Assembly (NCBI GenBank): GCA_013388445.1
Contig: JACADW010000080.1
Coordinates: forward strand, 1-56,422
DNA from: Acidobacteriota bacterium
Lineage (GTDB): Bacteria > Acidobacteriota > UBA6911
DNA: 56,422 nt
Direction: 5' to 3'
Shown: in pieces, positions 18,549-27,492 of the stretch
Layout: each line of letters opens with the position of its first letter
How positions within the stretch are numbered: the first letter of the stretch is position 1
Position numbers and translations under genes: made by a program
Notes under the pieces: model-generated
Databases searched by the model: none
Told to the model about the DNA's origin: nothing
Seen by the model: only the letters and a program-made list of their open reading frames with translations

Positions 18549-20165
18549 ATGAGCTTCGCCTCTCTTCGTTTCGGTGCGCTGGGGTTGAATATATTGGGAA
18601 TCTGCCTGTTGGCGTATGCCCTGTCGGGTCCGAGGCCGCCCGGCCGGCGCTGGGTGAATCTGGGCCCGGTGGAATCCGAATCGCCGCTCCGGATCGGCCA
18701 CCAGGTGCAGCTGCTGGTGGACAACGAGGTCCTGTGCGACTTTCAGCACGTGCGGCGCGTCATGGGCCCGGTCCGGAAGCACCCGCAGAATCCGGTCTTG
18801 CAGGCGGATCAGCCCTGGGAACGGAATGCGACGGTGATGGGCGGATTGCAGCCCGCCACCGCCATGTACGATGATTCGGACGGGCTGTACAAGCTCTGGT
18901 ACACCATTCTCCAGCCTCAGACTTTCGGCGGCTCCGGCGTCGCCTACGCCACAAGCCGGGACGGCGTGCATTGGTCTAAACCGAATCTTGGCCTGATCGA
19001 ATTCGCCGGCGAGAAGGGTACCAACCTGTGCCGGCTGGAGCCCTTCGGCGCCTTGGTGAGAGGACTTCGCCTCGTACAGGATCCCCGGCCGCGGCCCAGC
19101 GAGCGGCGGTATCTGGGCATCGGTGTGTGGCCGAAACATGAGGACGGGACGTGGTTCGGTGGCTGGCTCGGCGTCGCTCGGAGTTCGGATGGCACGACGT
19201 GGCGCCACATGGGCGGAGGGGTGCGGGAAGGATCGGGCGGCGGCTTTCCCGCCTGCCTTTGGGATGAATCCCTGCAGCGCTATGTCCTGTTCCATCGGCA
19301 ACTGACAGAAATCGCACTGCCGGAACAGAGGAAGCGCTATATCGTCCGGCAAGACAGCGTCGATCTCCAATCGTGGTCCCCGCGCCGCACCGTATTCAAT
19401 CCTCTGAACCCTGTATGGCCCGAGGTCGAAAGCATGAATGTGTTCCGGCACGAGGGCGTCTTCTTCGGCCTCGCCAACACGCTCGAGACCCGGGAGCGAG
19501 GAGAGATGGAAATCCATCTGGTGATCAGCCGGGACGGATATCGCTGGGAGGAGCCTTTTCCCGACCGTGCCTTCATCCCGCGGGGGCCGCAGGGGGACTT
19601 CGACGATATGCTGGTCTACTGGGCGCAGCCGATCCTGCGCGGCGATCGGATGCACTTTTACTATGGCGGCGCGCGCTATTCTCACGGGTATCCTCATGAA
19701 CCGGTCGTGGACGATGGAACAAGCCTGGCCTTGCTGCCGCATCAGAAGGGGCGCTACGACCCCCGGCCGAACCGCATCGGGCTGGCGACCTTGCTGCGGG
19801 ACCGGTTCGCGGGCCTGCGAGCAGATGAGCCTGTGGGCGCCTTCCTCACCCGGCCCCTGCTCGTGGAGGGAGACATGCTCTATGTCAACGCGGCGGTCGA
19901 CCGCGAACTGCGTGTGGAAATCGTGAATCCCGTCGGAGAGGTGTTCGATGCGGGACCCAAGGATGACTGGGCCGGCCACTATATATCGGCGCGGGAAGAA
20001 GTGTTCCCCGGTTTCAGCCGGGCGGATTGCGAGGCGGTCACGGGGGACGGCCTGAACCTTCCAGTCCGGTGGAAGGCCGGTTCCATCGGCAAGTTCAAGG
20101 GCCGGGACGTGCGTCTGCGGTTTCTGGGGCGCATGGCCACCGTGTATGCTTTCGTGATCAAGTAG
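18549..20165 (+). CDS. secreted/anchored beta-propeller glycoside-hydrolase-like protein (family unassigned), paralog of 43291..45024
   Basis: N-terminal hydrophobic segment (LGLNILGICLLAYAL). Motifs NPVLQADQPWE, DGLYKLWY and SRDGVHWSKP recall GH32/43/130-type five-bladed propellers. A C-terminal beta-sandwich-like tail follows (GLATLLRDRFAGL...LRFLG...VYAF). GGGAGGG lies upstream. Confidence 0.55.
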   Translation: MSFASLRFGALGLNILGICLLAYALSGPRPPGRRWVNLGPVESESPLRIGHQVQLLVDNEVLCDFQHVRRVMGPVRKHPQNPVLQADQPWERNATVMGGLQPATAMYDDSDGLYKLWYTILQPQTFGGSGVAYATSRDGVHWSKPNLGLIEFAGEKGTNLCRLEPFGALVRGLRLVQDPRPRPSERRYLGIGVWPKHEDGTWFGGWLGVARSSDGTTWRHMGGGVREGSGGGFPACLWDESLQRYVLFHRQLTEIALPEQRKRYIVRQDSVDLQSWSPRRTVFNPLNPVWPEVESMNVFRHEGVFFGLANTLETRERGEMEIHLVISRDGYRWEEPFPDRAFIPRGPQGDFDDMLVYWAQPILRGDRMHFYYGGARYSHGYPHEPVVDDGTSLALLPHQKGRYDPRPNRIGLATLLRDRFAGLRADEPVGAFLTRPLLVEGDMLYVNAAVDRELRVEIVNPVGEVFDAGPKDDWAGHYISAREEVFPGFSRADCEAVTGDGLNLPVRWKAGSIGKFKGRDVRLRFLGRMATVYAFVIK

Positions 20166-20217
20166 CGGCCGCGCCCAGGAGCCGCCGATCGGGACATCCG
20201 CCGGAAAGCCGAAGGCC

Positions 20218-23200
20218 ATGGCGCCTGAAATGACGCGGAACAAGGGAACTCACGACGAGCAGGGAAATCCTATGAGCGATGCACATGGTAGTTTGCGGTC
20301 TGGGTCCTGGGCTGCGAGGCGCTTGAACCCCCGACCCCGGATTCCGGCCGGCATCCTGGCAGCGGCCTTGATGCTTGGATTCGGCCTGGCGATTTCCGAA
20401 GTCGCCGTATCGCCGGCAAGACCGGGATCTGCGGAAGACAATCCTGGGGTGAGCATGCCTCAAGAGAGCTTCCAGATCACCTTCGGCGTCAAGGATGCCG
20501 TTCCCCAACAATGGGACGGAAAGGTTGACGAGGATGCGGGAGGGGTGTTCGTGGAAGCGGATCACTTCCGAAATCACGAGTATCTGTCCACTACATTCTC
20601 TGCGCAAGGGGTCGGTCGGGCCGGCCGCGGCGAACCCCGTTTTTCAAACGACCGCCTCACGAGTTCCTCTTCGTGGATCGCAAGCACTCGCGAGGCGCCG
20701 CTGCACGGACTGACCACGGAATGGAATGTGCGGACCGAAGCGCCGAAGAGCATCCTGCAGTCCCCCAGCATCCTTGTGCACCGGAAACCCGGAATGCCGT
20801 CGCTACCGATTCGTGTCCGGACGGTCCGGGGGGACTTCGAGGTCTCGCCGGAGGCCCTTCGGCCATTCATGCCGCGGCTTTTCCTGGACGGCAACGTCCG
20901 TGTTGACAGGATACCTCCGGCAGCCGCGGTCTCCGCAGGCCGTCTGAACCAGCAGGATTTTCCGTCGATTCTCGCCGCGCGGTCCGGGGCGATCGTGGTT
21001 GCCTGGCAGGAGTATGAGGAGCCGGCCGGCGATCTCGTCTGTGTGCGGCGAATGGTGAACGGCGCTTGGCAACCGGTGGAGAAACTTACGCAGGGCTCCG
21101 ATATCTTCCGCGTCGTTCTTGCCGAGGATTCCAGTCAAAGAATCTGGGCGGTCTGGTCCATGCAGGTGGACGGCAACTGGGACCTCTACGGCCGGTGGAC
21201 CGCGGGGGAGGCGTGGTCGCCGATCGAGCGGCTGACGCGGGATTCAGGCACGGATCTGTATCAGCAGGCGGCGACCGATGTGCAGGGCCGGATGTGGCTG
21301 GTCTGGCAACGGATCTCTGTGAAAGGGAGCGCGATCCTCGCCTCCCGTTTCGACGGGACCCGCTGGTCCGAAGAGCAGGAGATCGGTGGTGTGGACTCTG
21401 CGGGTGGAAACTGCTGGTGGCCCGCCGTCGCTCGCGGAACGGAGGGGATTGTAGTCGCCTGGGACGGATACGGAGCCGGCAACTACGACATCTACCTGCG
21501 GCGCCACGACGGCGAGCGCTGGGGCGCGGTGGAGAGGATCACGTCCTCCCCGCTTTTCGAGGCGCATCCCGCGGTTGCGGTCGATGGCGCGGGTCGGATC
21601 TGGCTGGCGTGGGATGAATCCGGACCGGAATGGGGCAAGGACACCGGCTTCCTGGTGGTGCGAAAAGGAACCCAGCTCCACGAATCACGAGCCATCCGTG
21701 TCGTGCGCATCGACAAGGAGGCTGTCCTCGCTCCCGTGGGTTCGCTGCCGTTCGATCTCCCCGCCGATGAATACTGGGAGTTGCCGCATCTTGCCGTCGA
21801 TTCCAGCGGAATCCCGTGGTTGTTTGCGCGGCGCCTCTGCAAGCGGCAGCCGGATACACCGCCCGAGGGACCGTTCTACATGGGACTTTGGGAGATCTAT
21901 GTCACGCGTTATGAGGGTTCACGCTGGGGAACGCCGATGAGGCTCCCCCACAGCGCGGGCCGCAACGACATGACGCCGGCCAGCGCCTTCAGCCGCGACG
22001 GGTCTCTTTGGGCGACATGGGCTACGGACTTGCGCAGCACCCGCTCCTATCTTCCCCATCAGTTGCAGGTCTGGATCGCTAACCTGGGAGCAAGTTCCGG
22101 CGCGGCGGTCCCGGAGCTGGTGACGTATCAGCCACCGTCCCCATCGGCTCACCCCATCCATCCGCGTGAGCGGGATCAGGTGCGGCGCATCCGCGAGTAC
22201 CGGGTCCAGAATCGCGGCGATACCTATTTCATCTATCGGGGTGACCTGCACCGCCACACGGACATCTCGGCCGACGGCCTGAACGACGGGTCCCTCCTCG
22301 ACGCTTACCGATACGCGTGGGACGCAGCGGCGCTCGACTTCGTCGGCATTGCGGACCACAACACGGGCATTGACGAACCGTACGCGTGGTGGCTGTCGCA
22401 GAAGACCGCCGACCTGTTCCACGCGGCCGGGAGATTCGTGACGTTTTACGGTTACGAGCGATCCGTGGAGTACCCGAACGGCCATCGCAACGTGTTCTTT
22501 TCCAGGCGGGGGGCGAGCATCACGCCGATCCCGCCGGTGGAAGCCGCGGGCTGGGAGGGAGCGGAGCGGCTCCACTGGTACCTGCGCCGCGCGGGCGGCA
22601 TCTCGATTCCGCACACAACCGGGCGAACCAGCGGCACCGACTGGCGCGACAGCGATCCCGAGGTGGAGCCGGTGGTCGAGATCTACCAGGGGATGCGAGA
22701 TACGTACGAGCATCCCGGTGCGCCGCATCCCAAGAGGATCCGCGGGATATTCCCGGATGCTTCCAGGCCTGTGCCGAGGGCGTCGTCCGAGGAGACGAGC
22801 CCGTCGTTCCGTCCGCTCGGTTTCGTCTCGAGTGCTCTCGCCAAGGGATTGCGGCTCGGGTTTATCAGTTCTTCCGATCACATCTCCACCCATGTCAGCT
22901 ACGCATGTGTCATTGCCGGAGAGCTCACCCGGGAAAGTCTGATGACCGCGCTGCGCGCGCGGCGGGCCTATGCGGCGACGGACAATTTGATCCTCGACGC
23001 GCGTTTTGAGGGGTCGGACGGCGAGCACTTGATGGGTGAGGAATTCGAGAGCTCGAAGCCTCTCCGGATCCGGATCCGCGTTGTGGGCACCAACGTGATT
23101 CAGAGCGTCGAGCTGATCAGCAACAACCGGGTTGTCCACGCCGTCGCGCCAGGCCGGGAAGAGGTCGATGTCGAATGGAGCGACCCCGGGGCCACACCGG

Positions 23201-23304
23201 GAGAGCGATACTACTATGCGAGGGTGATACAGATCGACGGCGAAATGGCATGGACATCCCCTGTCTGGGTTAGGTATTGCGCGCCCGGTTCGCGGGATCC
23301 GTGA
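20218..23304 (+). CDS. large exported protein: N-terminal sialidase/TolB-like beta-propeller repeats fused to a C-terminal PHP/CehA-McbA-type metallohydrolase domain
   Basis: Signal/anchor IPAGILAAALMLGFGLAI. Repeated W-rich units include IWAVWSMQVDGNWDLYGRW..GEAWSPIERLT, MWLVWQR...FDGTRWSEEQEI, VVAWDGYGAGNYDIYLRRHDGERWGAVERIT and IWLAWDESG. These are followed by YRGDLHRHTDISADG...VGIADHNT...SSSDHIS...AWTSPVWV (PHP-like His/Asp metal motifs). The start could instead be ATG 20272. Confidence 0.7.
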   Translation: MAPEMTRNKGTHDEQGNPMSDAHGSLRSGSWAARRLNPRPRIPAGILAAALMLGFGLAISEVAVSPARPGSAEDNPGVSMPQESFQITFGVKDAVPQQWDGKVDEDAGGVFVEADHFRNHEYLSTTFSAQGVGRAGRGEPRFSNDRLTSSSSWIASTREAPLHGLTTEWNVRTEAPKSILQSPSILVHRKPGMPSLPIRVRTVRGDFEVSPEALRPFMPRLFLDGNVRVDRIPPAAAVSAGRLNQQDFPSILAARSGAIVVAWQEYEEPAGDLVCVRRMVNGAWQPVEKLTQGSDIFRVVLAEDSSQRIWAVWSMQVDGNWDLYGRWTAGEAWSPIERLTRDSGTDLYQQAATDVQGRMWLVWQRISVKGSAILASRFDGTRWSEEQEIGGVDSAGGNCWWPAVARGTEGIVVAWDGYGAGNYDIYLRRHDGERWGAVERITSSPLFEAHPAVAVDGAGRIWLAWDESGPEWGKDTGFLVVRKGTQLHESRAIRVVRIDKEAVLAPVGSLPFDLPADEYWELPHLAVDSSGIPWLFARRLCKRQPDTPPEGPFYMGLWEIYVTRYEGSRWGTPMRLPHSAGRNDMTPASAFSRDGSLWATWATDLRSTRSYLPHQLQVWIANLGASSGAAVPELVTYQPPSPSAHPIHPRERDQVRRIREYRVQNRGDTYFIYRGDLHRHTDISADGLNDGSLLDAYRYAWDAAALDFVGIADHNTGIDEPYAWWLSQKTADLFHAAGRFVTFYGYERSVEYPNGHRNVFFSRRGASITPIPPVEAAGWEGAERLHWYLRRAGGISIPHTTGRTSGTDWRDSDPEVEPVVEIYQGMRDTYEHPGAPHPKRIRGIFPDASRPVPRASSEETSPSFRPLGFVSSALAKGLRLGFISSSDHISTHVSYACVIAGELTRESLMTALRARRAYAATDNLILDARFEGSDGEHLMGEEFESSKPLRIRIRVVGTNVIQSVELISNNRVVHAVAPGREEVDVEWSDPGATPGERYYYARVIQIDGEMAWTSPVWVRYCAPGSRDP

Positions 23305-23410
23305 GGACTTCCGTGCGTGGCGGGCGAGAAATGAATTCGGCGGAAGGGTCGCTGTGCGCCGCAGTGCAGCCTGCAGCCGGTCTGCGGCCGGCGATTCCTG
23401 AGTACAGTCG

Positions 23411-24913
23411 ATGAAGGGTTTCACGGCGCTGGATTACGGTCTGGTGGTGCTGTACCTGGTGGGGATCGCCGCCATCGGAAGCTCCTTTTACCGGAGAAAG
23501 AGCACGGCCAAGGACTATTTTCTGGGCGGGCGGGCCCTGTCGTGGATTCCGGTGGGAATCTCGCTCGTGGCGGCCGACCTGAGCGCGATCACCATCATGG
23601 GCGTGCCGGCCTGGAGTTACAAGCACAACATCGAACTTCTCGTGCTGGCCTTCGGCTACCCGCTGATGGTGCCCGTCGTCATCAAGGTCTTCGTGCCCTT
23701 CTACTCCAGGCTGAACCTCTATACCGCCTACGAGTACCTCGAGCGCCGCTTCAGCCTGGCCGTGCGAGTGGTGACCAGCGCCCTCTTTCAGATCCTGCGC
23801 GGCATGCACGTGGCCATCGTCATCTATGCGCCGTCGCTGGTCATCAGCATAGTCACGGGTCTTCCCGTCTGGCAGTGCATCCTGTTCATGGGCGGCTTCA
23901 CCACCTTTTACACGACTCTGGGCGGGATGAAAGCCGTCATCTGGACAGACGTGATCCAGTTTGTGGTCGTGTCGGCCGGCGTATTTCTCATCTTCTACAA
24001 TACCCTCGGACGGATCCAGGGCGGGATTCCGCATGCGTATCAGGCGGCCGTGGCAGCCGGCAAGCTGCGTCTGCTGAATTTCTCCAGCGATCCGTCACAG
24101 CTGACGTCGGTCTGGGCCCTTCTGGTCGGCGGCTTTGTCCTGTCCATGGCGCCTGTGACGACCGATCAGGCGATCATTCAGCGGCTGTTCACGACGAAAT
24201 CCACAAAGGACTGCAGGCAGTCGATCATCCTCCAGTCGCTGATCATCATTCCCATCACCACCACCCTGTATCTGGCAGGCGTCGCGCTTTTTGTGTTCTA
24301 CCAAAGTCATCCTGAGCGGGTTGGGGGTCTGGCAAACGCCGATGCGGTAATGCCGTTCTTCGCCGTGCATGAACTGCCCGCCGGGGTCTCAGGGCTGGTC
24401 ATCGCGGCGATCTTCGGGGCATCGATGGCGGTCATGTCCGCTGGCATCAATTCGCTCACGACGGCGACCTCGGTCGATTTCTACCAACGCCTCTGCAACC
24501 CCCTGGCGTCCCCCCACCAGGTGGCGAGGATCGGACGCATCGGGACGGCCGCCTGGGGGCTGGCGATGACGGGAATGGCGCTTCTGGCCGGCCGTCTCGG
24601 GGAGCTGGCAATTGCCTACAACCTGGTCAGCAGCCACCTCTCCGGGCCGCTGCTGGGTATCTTTCTCCTGGCAGTCCTCACGAGTAGGACGACCGCAATG
24701 GGGGCTCTCGCGGGCTCCGCAGCGGGAGTGGTCGTTGTGGCTCTGGCCAGTGCTCTGACGCAGTGGAGTTTCTTCTATTTCGCCCCGATCGGCGTCGCGG
24801 TGACGGTCTGTGGCGGTTATCTGGCCAGTCTTTTCATGAGTCCTCCGCCGCCCGAGAAGATCCATGGCCTTGTTTTGGGCCAAGGCCAGATCGAAGCCTT
24901 GAGTAGGGACTGA
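23411..24913 (+). CDS. sodium:solute symporter (SSS/SLC5) family transporter
   Basis: 500 aa and polytopic. Motifs: DYFLGGRALSWIPVGISLVAADLSAITIMGVP, YEYLERRF, GGMKAVIWTDVIQ. Confidence 0.9.
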   Translation: MKGFTALDYGLVVLYLVGIAAIGSSFYRRKSTAKDYFLGGRALSWIPVGISLVAADLSAITIMGVPAWSYKHNIELLVLAFGYPLMVPVVIKVFVPFYSRLNLYTAYEYLERRFSLAVRVVTSALFQILRGMHVAIVIYAPSLVISIVTGLPVWQCILFMGGFTTFYTTLGGMKAVIWTDVIQFVVVSAGVFLIFYNTLGRIQGGIPHAYQAAVAAGKLRLLNFSSDPSQLTSVWALLVGGFVLSMAPVTTDQAIIQRLFTTKSTKDCRQSIILQSLIIIPITTTLYLAGVALFVFYQSHPERVGGLANADAVMPFFAVHELPAGVSGLVIAAIFGASMAVMSAGINSLTTATSVDFYQRLCNPLASPHQVARIGRIGTAAWGLAMTGMALLAGRLGELAIAYNLVSSHLSGPLLGIFLLAVLTSRTTAMGALAGSAAGVVVVALASALTQWSFFYFAPIGVAVTVCGGYLASLFMSPPPPEKIHGLVLGQGQIEALSRD

Positions 24914-25082
24914 GAGAGGGGTCGGAGATTGGTGTGCCATTTACGGTCTGCCGAATCCGACTGCGCACATCTCAGTTGCCATTGCGGTCCTACATCGCTA
25001 AGTCGAGTCGGCGGGCGGAACGCTTTTTCCTGCTGGGCCGCTGTTGACACGGTCGGGAGCAGATGTCGATATGCCGTTGGCG

Positions 25083-26858
25083 TTATCTTCCTGAACCTGA
25101 GGGCAGAGAGCGTTCCTGCGACTTGCGAACCTCATCACGCACTCTGAGATTGAGCCGCGCGATCTTGGCGATGCCTGCGATTCGATCCTCAACATGAATC
25201 GAAAGGGAGTAGTCGCCAGGCGTCAGGCCCATCAACGGGAGGTTACGGGCCACAATCATCCGGTTGCTTCCTTCAAGGGAGCAGGATCTTCCGCCGTCAT
25301 CCTCGTATTCACGAATCAGCTTCCCGTCTGAGCGATGAATCTCATAACGTATGGCAACGGCGGGTACTCGCGTGGATGAGTCAACCCGAAGGCCAAAAAC
25401 CTGGAAGTACACCCCAATACGGCTATTGGGTTCATACACGTGTTCGAAGGCCGGGATTACCTTGATGCGCCCAATCACAAAGGGCAAGATTTCCGGGGGT
25501 GCAGCTACGAGTCTCGCAAGATAATTGGCAAGAATCACGGAGCTCAGTTCGAGAGAATCGCTGCCGGCAGGGGGCCGTGGAATGGCCACGGGAATTGTGG
25601 CAATCCCCATCCGTGTATCGTCTTGCCTCACCAAAGCTTCCACCTTGTATCGACTTGCCGGCAGCCGAAGGGTCCTCTGATAATAGATGTAATCGGCCGA
25701 TTCCGGCAGCGTATGGTAGGCGTGCAGAGTCTCATCGGACTCCCAATAGGTGCGACCATCCAGACCGGTCACCCGGAGGTAGAGATCCAAGCTGGTAGTA
25801 GTTCCTTCGCCGGCACCCTGAAACAGCTCCCTTTCAGCAACGCGCAGAGCAAGGAAGACGAGGTAGTTGTTCGAGTCGAGGGGATAGTGCGCTTCAAAGC
25901 AATGTATAGGTAGGTTTTGCGGAAAAGTCACCTTGGCCTGGACGTATTCTCTCAGCCTCGGATTTCGCAAGGCAGGCGGCCTCTCAAGGCGCAAGAGCTG
26001 GTCAACGCGATACCAGATGTTGTCCTGGAGCCGTTTATATCGGAACCAATCTCGCTCCTGCTGATTGTCGGGATTTGCAGCATTCCCGACGTATCGGCGC
26101 GAGATCCGGTCCCCCCGACTCATGAGGCCGTCCAGCTCCTGCAGAGTCGGTCCCAGGGGTGTCCTCAGAAAGGCGTCCTTCTCGTCGGCGTCCAGCGCCA
26201 GTGTGTAGTCACCGCTCAGACCGCTGTCTACAAATTCGAGCTCAACATCGGATCCCACGCCTTCGATGTATCGGTACCACCACTTCTCGAATGGGTGAAC
26301 CGAGGTCACGCCGCCGCCTTCCCAGCTTTTTCGGGCGTACTGCCCTCCCGGGTGAAACTCTTTGTGATCCGGAGGACCGAACTTGATATATATGCGTCCC
26401 CGATCTGTTCTCCAGCCGGGCTTTCCGGCGGTGAATTGCTCGTTGGCAAATCGAAGCCTTCGGTAATGCTCCTCCTTGAATTCGTTGAAGGGCGTGGAAG
26501 GGTCTGGATCCCGGCGCATCCAGAACTGTTCGATAAAAGCGTCTCTCTCTTCGTCAGTCTTGAGTCGCTGAAAGACCTCTCTCTCCTCCTGGGAGATGAT
26601 GTAATCGACCGTTTCCTCAAGCCACCTCCGATAATAGTCCGAAGCCGCTTCCTGATTCCGCCGATCCTGCGACAGCTGGGCCGAGATTGGGGAAAGAACC
26701 GTTTCCGCAACAAGCCCCTGGGCGAATAGGATCCGGAAACGGAATGTAAACCGCCAACCTTTGGCCATCGGCGACGACACCGCCGATCCGCCATTCCTGA
26801 AATGGGGGCTGAGGGGGATCCGCCCACCTTTGGCAATGTTTGAGGAGATTCGCATCAT
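25083..26858 (-). CDS. GWxTD domain-containing protein
   Basis: Contains FIEQFWMRRDP...FKEEHYRRLRFANEQF...KPGWRTDRGRIYIKFGPPD (the GWxTD signature). ATG 26858 has GAGGAAAGG upstream. An alternative start at 26768 (MAKGWRF...) would give a more typical signal peptide. Confidence 0.8.
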   Translation of the reverse strand: MMRISSNIAKGGRIPLSPHFRNGGSAVSSPMAKGWRFTFRFRILFAQGLVAETVLSPISAQLSQDRRNQEAASDYYRRWLEETVDYIISQEEREVFQRLKTDEERDAFIEQFWMRRDPDPSTPFNEFKEEHYRRLRFANEQFTAGKPGWRTDRGRIYIKFGPPDHKEFHPGGQYARKSWEGGGVTSVHPFEKWWYRYIEGVGSDVELEFVDSGLSGDYTLALDADEKDAFLRTPLGPTLQELDGLMSRGDRISRRYVGNAANPDNQQERDWFRYKRLQDNIWYRVDQLLRLERPPALRNPRLREYVQAKVTFPQNLPIHCFEAHYPLDSNNYLVFLALRVAERELFQGAGEGTTTSLDLYLRVTGLDGRTYWESDETLHAYHTLPESADYIYYQRTLRLPASRYKVEALVRQDDTRMGIATIPVAIPRPPAGSDSLELSSVILANYLARLVAAPPEILPFVIGRIKVIPAFEHVYEPNSRIGVYFQVFGLRVDSSTRVPAVAIRYEIHRSDGKLIREYEDDGGRSCSLEGSNRMIVARNLPLMGLTPGDYSLSIHVEDRIAGIAKIARLNLRVRDEVRKSQERSLPSGSGR

Positions 26859-27492
26859 GGCCTTTCCTCATGCCAAATTCCAGCGCCGATTCACTTTGTA
26901 TTATCGCAGAACGAGAGGGTCGAATGAATGGGCGCACACAGATGTTTCGCTATGGTAAACGCCTGTTGCAAGGGCCGGTCGCAGAACAAAGGAACAGGTC
27001 AAGCATGGGCCGGAAACCGCATCCGGCTGAAACGGTGATGCAGGGAGGTCGATTTGAGTTTCGTCGCGCCTGTCCCATCCTGGTGAACAGCCGTGTGCTT
27101 CTTTTGCCGGGGCACGCACCGTGACGATAGACTTGCGTCCCGAGTATCATCTTCGGTGCGTGACAGTATGCAGATCAGCAAGGGCTGTGCTTTGTGTTGC
27201 TCCTCGGAGACAAATGCAGGAGAAGCCGGACTCGGGAGCCGGAAGAGACGGCCATGGTTTGAATCTGCAGGTCGGAAAGCAGCTTATGCTTCGCTCAATG
27301 CGGCTGCGAAACCCGCTGGGCGGATCCTGACCGCCGCTCTTACGTTCCTACCCTCCAACCGACGGCGGTGGGTACAGCTTCGTCAGTCAAGAGGCTTGCG
27401 GTACCCCAGAAACATCAGGGTGCAGGAGCGGGGTGCCTTCGCGTGCTGCGACGATGATGCCATTTCCCCAATTAAGACTGGAGGTACACCCG

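Noticed and set aside
17646-20243. 865-aa minus-strand ORF
   Set aside because: It is antisense to the racemase and GH-like genes, with the same compositional artefact and no motifs.
21919-23424. 501-aa minus-strand ORF, and similar shadow ORFs (23270..24034, 9313..10113, 2641..3555, 7323..8018, 50279..51049)
   Set aside because: All lie opposite well-supported genes, lack ribosome-binding sites at sensible starts, and have Arg/Pro-rich junk-like sequence.
26859-27492. Possible TPP riboswitch or other leader upstream of the second transketolase operon (634-bp spacer; 9-bp inverted repeat CACGCACCG/CGGTGCGTG at 27113..27162)
   Set aside because: I could not find the TPP-riboswitch core (CUGAGA ... 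ACCUGAUCUGGAUAAUGCCAGCG-like) on either strand. Transketolase genes are not known TPP-riboswitch targets. The inverted repeat alone is insufficient. Rfam cmscan would settle it.
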